From: Pocillopora damicornis | Taxonomy: Eukaryota | Direction of reading: 5' to 3' | Assembly: GCF_003704095.1 (NCBI RefSeq) | Contig: NW_020846635.1 | Coordinates: 1-64,000 of the forward strand | Length of the DNA stretch: 64,000 nt | Shown: in pieces, positions 38,501-50,500 of the stretch | Layout: each line of letters starts with the position of its first letter | Numbering within the stretch: position 1 is the stretch's first letter | Translations under genes and position numbers: made by a program | The notes under the pieces: generated by a model | The model's input: only the letters and a program-made list of their open reading frames with translations | The model's database searches: none | What the model was told of the DNA's origin: nothing

Positions 38501-40053
38501 ATGGAAAAGAATTCACCAAACTGGAGGACTCTGTTCAGGGTGTCGACGAAAATGCAAAAACGCCTGCAAAGAACAACATCGAACCCGCTATCCGTAGCTG
38601 TCCGGGATTGCTATGCAAGCGTGACAGCAATGAGACTTGTCAACAAACATTAGAGCAATCTTTATGCAACCGAAAAGACTTAAAACCCACTGTTACGGTC
38701 TCTCCAAAGTCGACTCGAACTAATTTGACGGATCCTACCACCCCGGTAAGAGTTTGCCATCTGGACGACTGTGTGGTGCTTCTCACCCCCATGAGGACCC
38801 TTTCAAAATCTCCAGTGCACTTGCCATCAGAAGAAAAAAAGGTGGTGGCGATTGGTTCGGACTCAGAAAGCGCCAAGGTGACTGTCGATGCCAGAATTAA
38901 GTCACTCCAGTCATCGTCAAAAACCACCCCAAAGTCTGCTCGTGTTGATACGATTGAGCGCAGATTGAGAGCAAAATCTCCGATACCTGATAACAAATCC
39001 ACTGACATTGAAAGCCGAGGAGCAGAAACGTTTAGCTATGATAATGCGCTAATGAATGACAATGATCATTGCCTCCAGAACTCAACTGCCACAGAGGGAG
39101 CAGAAAGTATCGCAAGACAAGCCAATTTTCAAGAAGATGAAATATTTCTTCGCATGACCGGTGCATCTGTTGTAGGAGCGCAATTGCCATGGAATCCAGC
39201 TCTACAGAGCTCGACTCCGCCTCCCAAAAGAGGAAAAAAGAAATCGCACGGTGTGTCTAATTCACCGGCTGAAACCAAGCGCTTGAGTCCCCTTAACCAG
39301 ATACTCCGACAGCAAAAACGAAAAAGGTGTTTCTCAGCCTCTCCAGCTGACAAACGTGCTAGGGAAGCTTGTGAAATAGACGCACGTGACAGATCGTCGT
39401 GTGCCCCAAGGACTCCTATTAAGAACGGGAACAAGCACATGTCGATTTGTTGTGGAGTTTCTGTGAAACTCAGCTCGGCTAATGAATCTTGTTCTCTTGT
39501 TGAGGACAACTCTAGGTCGTCCGAGGAGGCAGATGACTGGCTTAGTGAAATGGAGAAAGAATTTGACCGTAGTGTAGCGAATTCAAATGAGACTCAAAAG
39601 TCACCTGCGAACAAGAAGCGACGAATACACAAGTCTGTTGTCTTTGGGGGAAGGCGCAACAGAAAAGGGAGTGGTAAAAAACCTAGGGGTAAAAACGTTG
39701 ATTCTTCTCGAAGCAGCGACACCAGCTACGAGCAAGATGACGAAGTGTTTCAGAGTCCTGGAATGTTAGCCTCTCGTCTGATGCGTCGACATGTGAACAA
39801 GACCCCTATATCAGCGAGCAGTATCAAAGTTTTGCAAGAATCTCCCATACTTCTTGACAGTAAACTTTCACCCGCACTTTCACCTCGAACTGGAGGTTGT
39901 TCCGATGTGTCTCCAAATTATCCAAAGCGCAATCGGAGAAAATTTGATGATGTGTCCGACAATAGAGAAGCAGGTATATCGGTGTCCTACACTGATGATC
40001 AGGAGGCACCGATTGCTCGCCCTTTAAGGAAACGACTCAAGCTTCATACTTGA
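23545..40053 (+). CDS. TICRR: Treslin (TopBP1-interacting checkpoint and replication regulator, Sld3 homologue); 18 exons, ~1939 aa
   Basis: Phase-consistent exons: 23545-24270, 25797-26094, 26662-27026, 27918-28200, 29034-29142, 29936-30130, 30651-30820, 31237-31292, 31402-31485, 31763-31872, 32648-32726, 33356-33438, 33887-34054, 34794-34948, 35378-35572, 35950-36034, 36954-37021, 37463-40053 (5820 nt). Motifs: N-terminal IVFLID...LRLLTYFS...WGYKIFNS, FQWERPDISSP, REYQFQILLRLE...VEEVTVLLR (Sld3/treslin domain), VRRNLF, paired CDK sites VQETPAHKQ and LEESPLK, and a long SP/TP-rich tail. Confidence 0.92.
25352..25651 (+). mobile_element. Full-length tRNA-derived SINE with 13-bp target-site duplication (degenerate relatives ~12940-13120, ~45580-45945, ~46058-46410 reverse)
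   Basis: A box TGGCCTCATGG, B box GGTTTGAGCCC, central cacccaggtgtacaaatgggtacc domain and a (TTAC)-type tail; TSD CAGTAAGTGCCTG (25339-25351) / CAGTAAGTGTCTG (25652-25664). Confidence 0.88.
26387..26541. mobile_element. 155-bp non-autonomous DNA transposon with CAGGGCTC termini and 5-bp TSD (hAT5-like)
   Basis: TIR CAGGGCTCAAACTT / AAGTTCGAGCCCTG; ATGTG on both sides (26382-26386, 26542-26546). Confidence 0.75.
27648..27862. mobile_element. TTAA-flanked MITE, family C (other copies ~29195-29406, 46099-46343 reverse; related ~61235-61480)
   Basis: CTTTAACTCCC...GGGAGTTAAAGGGTTAA termini; the internal aggaaa.gtg..gcagct...agg.gagaa....aatcagatc is shared. Confidence 0.8.
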
Positions 40054-40327
40054 CAATCTTGATTATTTTTTTCCCTATGGCTAAATTTAGGAAATTTTGT
40101 ACATGCATGTTCGTTGTATATAGTATTTTACTTTGATATTATAATTCTCAATATCCTGAGATACCGAAAGTTCCTCGCACAATTTTCGTCTCAGGCCGTC
40201 AATCGGCTTTCAAGACTCGACATAAATAAAGTAACTTTAGTCACCTTTTTCCGTTTTAGCATACTTTTTGTCCACGATTGAACGTTTATCGGCCATAAGC
40301 CGCAGCTGATACTCCACCTGAGGACAT

Positions 40328-40333
<6 letters not shown>

Positions 40334-40362
<29 letters not shown>
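40334..40362. repeat. (TA)n microsatellite downstream of TICRR
   Basis: Directly visible; follows the candidate polyA signal AATAAA near 40225. Confidence 0.9.
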
Positions 40363-40366
<4 letters not shown>

Positions 40367-41423
40367 TCTAAATAACAAATTAATGATTGTTTTGTGTGAA
40401 CCAAAGGAAAATAATTTTTCCCTTGAATTGCTGAATATGAAACAAGAGCGCACCTAGTGCGAATCCAACTGTCCCGTGTTCATATTTCTGTTAGGATGGC
40501 ATGTTTGAAAGGTGCTGTTATCCGTTTAAATTGAAAAAATGTTTTCCGACTGAAGGAAATTTGTTGAAACCGACCAGCATACTGGTCAATTCATAAATAA
40601 AAACGACTTAGCGAGTAGTTTTCCTCATGATATATCTTATCTTCCAATTTTCACCAGAGCAGTGGTTATAATTTATCATTGAAAGTTCTGTTGAAGAATG
40701 AAATTTCCCATTATGTATGTTTGCCAGTCGCAAGTACTAGTAAACGTCTGATCGCACCGTTTGACAAAGTGAAAGACTACACAGAAGTTTATGAACACAG
40801 CAGTAGTTTGGAGGGTATTTCTGAAATTTAATCATTTTGTTGAAAGCGGGATCAAAATCTTTCATTACAGCCATCAGGTCAAACTCGTCCTGTTTAAGTG
40901 GGTCGTGTTACAGATTTTTCGCGGAGAGGGAAGGGAAAAAATCTCATTCTCGGAGACATCGGCTTCGAGCAGCTAAAATGTTTATTTGTAGGTTAGATTA
41001 CAGCTGGATTGCACTTTAGTCATACGCATAATCTCGGACTTCCATTGTTCATAGATAAAATTAAAAAACAAGAAGGCTGAAGCAGGAAACGATTAGTGGT
41101 ACTATATATGAGCACAAAAATTGATCTTGTGGATTCTTTTTCGTAGAAACCCCAGGAAATTACACCGAGCCAGACCCCCTCGCCTCCCCCACCATACATT
41201 TTTTCACAGAGCAGAAATTTCGTTGTTACTGGCCCTAAGGACTAAAGATATCATCAAACAGATTTTTTAAGTCTAAATTGTACATGGCGCAATGTGCTTC
41301 TGAACTGGAGGCAAAGGTTAATTTTTGACAGTTACGCCTCCTCTCCCCCCTCCCTCCCCGTGATTTATTGCGAAATGGTTTTTGAGCCCGCACGCACTGC
41401 TGAAGAGAAGGAGAGAGGAAAAT

Positions 41424-44400
41424 ATGGCGTTCAGGGATCGCTTTTGTTCCTCTGGCTCTGAAGTCAATTTGATAAGTGAAAACGAGCCAGATGACAATTT
41501 TGAAGACGACCCAGACCCGTGTCCAGAAGAAGAAGAAGAAATAGACCTTGGTATTCACGCTCCATCGGACGATAAGTAAGTTCTCCCATACAGTTCATGA
41601 TTCATAAGCTATGTCGTCAAGCTGTCAGTGTTTATGTTTCTAATTCTGTATTGTCAGGTACTTTTGAAAAATATTCTCAGGCTTTCGGACAAAACCTAAA
41701 TCACAAAATCGAGGAAGGGTCTTACATGACTATTCTGCACTTTTTAAATTGACATTTATTATTTATTGGCTGAAGGAGTGAACTTTACCGATACTGTGCG
41801 GTAATGAAAATAGAAATCAGAACCGATGCTTCATTTCCTGCTGTTACCTGATGAATCTTAACGATAGAACGCGCTTTAATAGTTGGTATTCACAAGAGAA
41901 AAATCAAGGAAAATTACTTCCATTTTCTAAACTGTATAATAATAGATAATTCATAATCGATTTAGTGATGCTTGACATATAAGGGATCGGTTTTCAGTTG
42001 GGAAATAATTCGTTTTCACCAGCAGCTTGCACTACTCAAACAGTAGATCACTGCTATAATGGCGCGTAGTTTGGTTTCGACTTTTCTGTGTTTGAATCTT
42101 TAGCTTCCTAACCTGCTAACCGAGTGTGTCCCTATTCCTATACGTCCGTAAATTATTCACAGAAAAAAAAAGTGTTATGTGTTATTTATTCATCCACATT
42201 TCGAGTATAACATAAGCTAATTACAAGGTTAATCAAAACTGTGACAAAATTATGAATGATTAATGATTGGTCATCAGCAGCCCCTAAAGGTACTAAGGAG
42301 AGAAATTTATACTTGTGTATAAACATTCATACTTACTTATTTATAAGAATGTTTGCATGTCACTGAGAATTTGGGAAGGTGGTCAGAGATCTTCATAACT
42401 GAAAATGCTGTAACTCCTTGATTCGTATTCAACCACCAGTGTGTTGGCAATTCTTCACTGGATTTTTCAGAAACACCAAAGGGAACTGTCAATAATTATT
42501 TTTCTTTAAATTTTCTTTGTGTTTTTCTCAGATGGTTTCATGGAAAGCTTGACAGAGCAGATGCTGAAAAGAGACTCACAAACATTGGACAAGTTGGCTC
42601 ATACCTTGTTCGTGAAAGTGATCGACGACCAGGGACATATTCTCTTTCTTACCTTGGTCGAAATGGCATCAGTCACTTCCGTGTAACAGGCGTGTGTGGA
42701 GACTATTATATTGGAGGACGACAGTTCTGTTCTCTGAATGATCTGATTGGTTACTACACAGCTTGGTCTTGTTTGCTAAAGGATGAACACCTAAAGTTTC
42801 CTGTCCCACCTCCAGAACCAGTTCTTGTCAAAAAAAGAGTGATAGCCAAGTATACTTACAGCAAAGTACCAGATACTGATGAACTTAGGTAGGGGGTCAT
42901 TAGAGGTTTGAAATTTGCAAGCAGCACTGAAATTTTATGCTTGTCTAATACTTTTCTACCCCAGTTAGTTTTCAAGCACTCCACTTTATTATTATACTCT
43001 CAGTTGGTACATGCCCTATGATTGGTTAATAGCATGCCATATATTGCTGCATGGCCCATTGAAGTTTGATTTGAGTTGAAATCTTCCTCCTCCATTTGAG
43101 CCCAAAGATTCAACAAACATCTTACAAACCCTGTTTGCTGTCTGTAATGTAAGTTATGGAATGTCATTGTGTGTTTGGGCCATAAATCTGAGTAAAAAAA
43201 ACTTGCTCTGTAACTTACAATGCAGACTTCCAGCATAGTTAGCAGGGATTTCAAATCAAGCCCATGACTACTGGAGTTCTGTTGGCTACTGGATAACATG
43301 TCACCAGTTACTCTCATCAAAATAATTATGTTTTGGCCTTCAATGAACTTTTTAATGTCACCTACTTTGCTGAGTCTGATGCCTACTTCAAAGCATTTTG
43401 AAACCCCTGCATTACATGTAGTAAGAGATAATCAAAGGTGGTTAAAAAGTAATGGAAATGAGATATATGATGATTAAAAATGGGCAGAAGGTGAATTTGA
43501 GTAGACTGTTTGGAAGCAAAGAACAAATTTGTGTCACTGAATAGAATGATGAGAGAAAGTCTTGAACTGGGGGCCTCATCTTAGCCACCCTGCTTTCCAC
43601 AGTAAATGCATGAATATTCATCCTTTTTTTTTTTTCACGTTAAGTTTTTTCCAGGGAGATGTATTTGTAGTAGATGATGTTATTGACATGGACTGGCTCT
43701 GGGTGACGGCTCAGAAAAACAGGGAAACAGGTTTGGTGCCTGCTGCCCTTGTGGAGGATGCGGTGAGTTGTCAACCATATCAGTGTTCTAGCTACAGAAG
43801 CTGTTTGGCTTTAAAAACCTGACACAGTCAGGTACTCAAGGTGATCTCACAACAGAGAGTCGGGCTTGAGTTTTTTAATTAGCAATCAATTGTAAAACTT
43901 TCACTTGATTGAAAATATTCTTGAAAATAATATTTTCATTCAAATCAGTGTTTTGTAAGTTCACCACATAATGAACAGATCCTAATGCAAACAGTATGGT
44001 TGAAATACTCAACTATTGAGCATCAAACCAGTGATGATTTTTTTGTGCATGCTAAGTAAACTGTTCTTTTTGTTTTTCTAGAAAAAAGATCTTGATCCTT
44101 GTGCAGGAAAGCCGTAAGTTCTTTCTCTTCAGGGGTAGTTGATCTTGTCATTGTGGCTATATGCAATTTTGAAATGTAACTATTTTATAAAAATATTCCA
44201 TGTTGTTACAAGTGCATCTGTTCAGCTATAGATCACAGATGACATTGAAATGTGTTAAGAACAAAAAAGTGGCTCATGGCACAGAAAAATGCTGTTAACC
44301 CTTTAAATCCTAAGAGTGACTAGCTTCTAATTTCTCCCTACAATATCACCCCTGAATCAAACATTAAAGGGATGGGAATGGAGGAAATGATCACCAACTA

Positions 44401-44519
44401 AAGCAGCTCTTGATTGTGGAACAAATTCTCCTTGTCAGCCTCTTTGGAAAAGTATGGAGAACAATATGGAGAATATGCATACTGATGTTTTGGGTTATTG
44501 ATGATGTCATCTATGTGAC

Positions 44520-44553
<34 letters not shown>

Positions 44554-47500
44554 GACTGTCCTCCTATAGATCACAATTAAGAACCACTCAAAATGTGTGT
44601 ATAATTCATCTCATCATTTCAATATGTATAATTTAATTTTTATGTTAAGGTGGTTCTTTGCAAACATTTCAAGAGATGAAGCACAGGAGATTCTTCACAG
44701 AGGTAACTTCTTTAATTATGAATTCTTCTGTTAATTTTATTTCTGTTTTGTTATGGTTGATGCACATTTACATATGTTTAGCTTTTCCTTTTTTTTAAGT
44801 GTGTATTTGGTAAGTTGTCACTTGCCTACTACATTGGAATCAAAATCCACACCCTGGCTGGGTCATTATATTTTGTTCTCAAACTCACTAATTATTCATG
44901 AGGTTATCAGCCAATGAGGGAAAAGTATTTCATCACATGCATGAATCTAGATACTCGATAAAAATGCATATCCATATTTCATCATATGCATGAATCTAGC
45001 TATCCAATAAAAATGCATATCTAGATCAATAGTGATCTGGATATGTGTTTTTATTGGATATCTAGATTCATGCATAGCATGAAATGCAAATAAGAAAAAC
45101 TACTGTAATGGTTCATTAGGGAACACTTTCCTTTAGAAGTTTACTTTCCTCTTCACCGCTTTATGGAACAGTAAAACAATTAACTGCATTACTTTCTGCC
45201 ATAATCAAGCTCCAACTAACCACTGAGCTACAATCTAAATGAGCAAAACTACCATAAATTAAGCATACACTTTGAATTCCTCAAAGAAACCCCGAAGAGA
45301 CAACAGATGAGCGGTAGCTGATAATGATGTCCAAAATTATGCAACGAATAGAATGTAGCAATAGTGTTATGATTTAGGTGATAATTAATATAGGCAGTTT
45401 GAGAAGCAATCTAAAAAACTTGTGCTTCAGGGTTCATCATGGTATCCAAACATCTCAAAACAAATAACAGCACTTGGCCGAAGTGGCCTCGTGCTTTCAT
45501 TTGTTTCTTGATATTTGGATACCATAATGAAACCCTCTCACTCGTTTTTTAAATACTACTTCTTAGTTGCCAAATGCACTTCCCCCTCGCAGTGCCTCTC
45601 TTAAACTAGGAGTAAAAATGTGGTGTGGCAAAATGTTAGGAAAGCCTGGTGAAATGCTGGGAGGTAACCTGGGATGGACTTACATTCCATCCAAACATCC
45701 TTAATCTTTTCACTCCCTAGATCTTGTCAGTAATTCTCGTTACTGTTTGTCATACTATTCTTATGATTTTAAGGTAGTTGGGAGAAGTTGGTATTGGATC
45801 AACTAACAATCCTCTGACTGATCTTTTCCTTTATTCTCATCACTTGTTTGCTTGATGTTGTATTGATATTATAAGGAGAAATTCTGTCTTGGTCACTCAA
45901 TGGGAGTTAAATGATACAGAAACTGAGAATAAGCACTGCCCTCCAAGACCCAGTCTATGTTAAAGTAACCATTACAATGATTGATTAGAATGACTTTGTT
46001 TCTGCCACTACTTAAACAAATTTTTAACCTATCACATTATAGTAAATAATTTGCTCATACCCATTTATACTCCTGGGTGGATAAAGGCACTGTAAGAGTT
46101 CACCCTTTAATTCCCAAGATTTGATTGTCAATTCTTCCCTCCAGCTGCTACACATTTCCTTGTAGAATTGTTACTTGAATTTGGTGGTGGATCAATATAA
46201 TATCTTATACCGCACAAGTTTAAATATTCTCACTACCAATGGTGAGAATATTTGCTGGATAATTGCTGTACATTTGGCAGATAATGTATGGATACTATTA
46301 TGAGAAGTTACTTGTTAATCACTTCTGGGAGTTAAAGGGTTAAGTGTCTTGAACAAGAATAGAATGCAAGTTGGCTGGTTCTGGGTTCCAGACTTCTTGA
46401 CCCATTAGGCAATCGCATCTATGTGCCTACCAGATGTTAAGCACTACCAAATTGTTTTGGTGTTTTTAATGTGATAGATGGTGTTATTGGGAGTTTCCTC
46501 ATAAGGCCAAGTGATAAATCTCCAGGAGATTATTCCCTCTCCCTCAGGTGAGAAAGAATACAAATTAATATGCTTCTTTTAAGCCAGACTGCAACTGTTG
46601 TAAAATTTTTGTTGTAGTATCTGATTCAATCAGAGAATGTGGTTTGGTTTGTAAATGATCACTATTTAAAAAGCTCCTGATTATTAAACAAATTCTCCTT
46701 GTTGGTATCGTTGGAAACGTAAAGAAAGCAGTGTGGAGAATATTTATACTGATGCAAGGGTGTAAGGATTAAAACCAACATCGAAGCAAAAATGAAACTT
46801 TTTTCAACTAACTTACTTAAAGAGAAATCTGAAGGTTCAGTTACTGTTAAAACAGCAGTCCAAAATGAACTTCATTTAAACGAGTGGCACTTGAATTCTG
46901 TTATTTATGTGTGAACTAGACTTGTCACAGCTGTGTAATAATTTTCATTTCTTTGGTATTTTTAACTAAAATTTTCAATGTTTTATAGAGGACCAGATGG
47001 TATCACTCGCTTCCTGATCAGAAAGCAAGGGATGCAGTATTCCTTGGGAGGGAGAAATTTTGACAGGTAAACTTTAGATTCGTTGTGGTGATGATATGAT
47101 CAAGGCCATGTTTGTCGCATGTTGTGGAGTCACTGAAAATTTTAGGGTTAGGCTATCAATTGAAGTTTGCGACTGCTGAGCTGTTGGTTGTCATTTAAGA
47201 CTACAAGTTTGGATTTATGTAGCATGCTGATTACTTGCCATAATTATCACTTTTTCGGAAACTGTGGTGCATTTTTCGGGCTAAAATGGAGATTTTATTC
47301 TTTACTTTGGTTATTTCCATGCCCTAATAGTGTCTTAGTTATGTGCTTTATTGTGCAAGCCGAAAGAACCTCAATAGAGTAAAACATTTTAGCTAACGTT
47401 TTGAAGTATAAGAAAATGTACCCTGTTTGCGATTGATGTAGTAAATACATCCCTACATCGGATGATGTATTTGAGAGATTTTTTAAAGTTGGCTGTGATC

Positions 47501-50500
47501 AGCGAGGGCAACTGTTAAAACTTGAGCGGCAGTAATTCAGCCGAAGATAATATTCCAAGACTTTTTTTTGTGCCTCATCGTTCCAAAGCAACTTCAGCGT
47601 TGTTTAAAGCCGAACACAAAACAAGGTCACGATGAAATGAAGGTAAAACGTTTTCTCAGTGAAGATATTTTGCTTAAGTTGATCTTCTCACTATTTTAAC
47701 TTGAAACATGGGTCGGTTTCAAATTCCCTATTTTTTTCCTTTCGTTTGAGTTTGAGGAGACAGACGTCAAATTAGGGGTGTATCACCTGCAGGATACGGT
47801 ATTTCGGAGTTCTTTCTGCGTGATGCTTTTCATCCAATGTACCAGCCTTAATCTCATTTAGTTTTGTCTAATCAACTTTGCCGTTCACTAATGAAACTCT
47901 TGGCTTAACGTCAGGCAGTAATTTAAGGGCGTTTGTCTGTTTTGCTAAGTGACAACGCGGCAATTTCGGGTGAGTTTAGAAACGCAGTACATGAATGCAT
48001 TTAGAGAGCTATTAATATAGACCAAAAACAATTCTGACAGTATGTCAATTGATTAAAGAGAAATTTTTGGGAATATTAACGATTAGGTCTATTTGTATTT
48101 CTTACTATTTTTATTACATTTTCTGGGGATTGCTCAGAACAGTTTTTCCGTGGGGAAGGATATACACACGGTCTCATAGTTAGTATTGAATTATGCAGTA
48201 ATATTCCAAACATTACAATCTCCATTCCGAATGCTTCAGTCTAGGGTTGAAACTGTTAACGAGGCTGGAGATGTACAGTTTTTGTTCAGGAAAAAAATAT
48301 ATATATCTGTATACGAATACTTTTCTTTTCGTTTTAGTGTGGATGCTGTGGTAGCAAGGTACAAGCACGAGCACATTGTGGAGAATCTTTCGTTAAAGGA
48401 ACCTGTATCCAGGGTAAGTTTTTTCCCCCTGCTAAGTCCAACTGAACCGTTTGCATGTGCAATTACTCACTACTTATACTAGTGTGTTAGGTGTTCGTAG
48501 GCTGTCATTGTTGTTGCCAGACCTCTCACGGGCATCGCCGCTCGTGCTTCAGCGCCAATGAGAGTCTGCTTGGGAAAAGTGATAATAATGAAAAAGACTT
48601 GGGAGTTTTTAATTAACCAATGATCGAATTTATGTTATATTTCATACTTCAAAACTGTCCTGGTTTTTTTCATTTACGAATAAACTCTATTCGATAAGGT
48701 CAAGTTTTGTTTTTTGAACTGTTTTCGAGTGGGATTGTTTTGTCTACGAATTGTTGTGGGAGTCTCTGACACATCCTTCAGCTGTTTCTGCATTTCCTGA
48801 ACATGTGGGTGCATTTTCGTGAGCTTTTCTTTCTTTCAATTTTTGTCGCTGAAAATTCTATGGACCTTGAAATGTGGAAAGAAGATTACACGAGGAAATC
48901 ATTGTTTAGATGAGTAAGAAAAGTTTTCGCCTTTTTTTTTTGTTTTTTTTTTCACGCGGTCAAGTATTATTCGCTTGTTTATCGAGTGATCCATTTGGAA
49001 ACCACCGAACAGGTTATTGTAAGCACTTTTTGTGAGTTTCATGAGGCGAAATGTGGTTTAAGCAAGGTTTAAAACTAAGTCAGTTTAGCAGTTTCAGTGA
49101 TAGATAGAAGCGTCCAGGGAATGTTTTCAGATGGATTGCCAGGTGAATTGCCAGGTGCCTCCATTTGCTTAGCTACTCTGAAAGAGTTGTTTGCCTCCCA
49201 TCCCTTAGCGTTTGAGTAGGTGTATATTCTGAAGAGATTTGTCATATACTTTTTCAATTTTTTCACCACATTTGGTGTTGTTTTTTTTTACTTTTGATCG
49301 ATTTTCTGATGTATTGTGTTAGTTGTACTCCATCGATTGACTTTTTTTAGCTTGAAAACATTTTGCTATGATAATCCCACTCTCTGGGATGTTTTGTCTA
49401 TTCAGGAAAAATGCGTCAAAATTGCAAGTTAAACTGAATTTAAATGTGACGTGTGTTAGTTTCCGTATGTCGACTTACAGTTCTTATTTTGGTTTTACCG
49501 GTTGGGTTAATTTTGCTTACAAAGAAACTGGGAGTGTTTCCCTAGCAGTAGTGACCAGCATTCAGTGTTTGGATCGTGCCACCTGAGCGGGGCATAGATG
49601 TAGATTGACGTTTTTGCTTTTTTTCGTTTTGTTTTCTTCATGTGCGATTCACGAGTGATGTTGTAACGAGATGCAGGGTCTGATTTAAAGTTCAGTTCTT
49701 TTCCTGAAGAAAAAGGACATCCTGAACAATTGGTTTCTTCATAGCCGAGTGACAGATGAACCCCACTGAAAGTTTATCGGGCATGCGCGACTTCCTCTTG
49801 CCCAACGTAATACACTTACAGTCAAAAGTTCATTGAAATGTTTCTCTTTTTTTCTGTCGAGTGAATCTTCAAGGTCCGTGATGATTTTAAGACATAAAAA
49901 ACAATTCGTAAGGCTTTGTGCGAAAGCCTGATAGGGCTGACGAGGGACTCTCGACACGTGAGCTTTACAAACCCTTTACGGTGGGCAATTTACATTCTCG
50001 ACTCAGTTGACAAACCAAATTGTCTAAAGAGAAAACTGTTTGTTTCTCACCAATCTTTCTGCGTAGGAGAGGTTTGAAGAGGGAATAAGAAGATTAATTT
50101 AACATACCTTGAAACTCTGTCCAGTTAATTGTATTTTGGTTTGGTTCCAGGCCCAGGAATGGGATCTTCCACATAGACCCATGACACCGAGTAGAAATGG
50201 CTCGTCATTTGTACTTAGATCGGAAACACCAGGACCAGTCATTTTAAATCGAACTCAGCCTGCTTTCAAGAGAGGATTTTTAGTAAAGAAAGGTACTTAT
50301 TCTGACTACTTGTGCGGCTAAGTAGAAGAGATATTGTCAATAACAACGATACCTCGAAAAGTTTCCAAAAGTGTTTTTATGGTTTTAAAGAAAGTGTGAA
50401 AATGTCCAAACTTGTCGAAATTGTGATATCCAGGCTGAAATTTGAAAAAAAAGTGAGCGTCATTTTCCAATAGGCACCTCCATTTGATTAAGAAAAGAAG

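Noticed and set aside
37797-39509. Minus-strand ORFs of 122-178 aa within the TICRR last exon
   Set aside because: Antisense shadows of a long coding exon; no recognisable domain.
43243-43409. CAGGG...CCCTG inverted ends resembling another hAT MITE
   Set aside because: The TIR is imperfect and no TSD is identifiable; not enough support to call.
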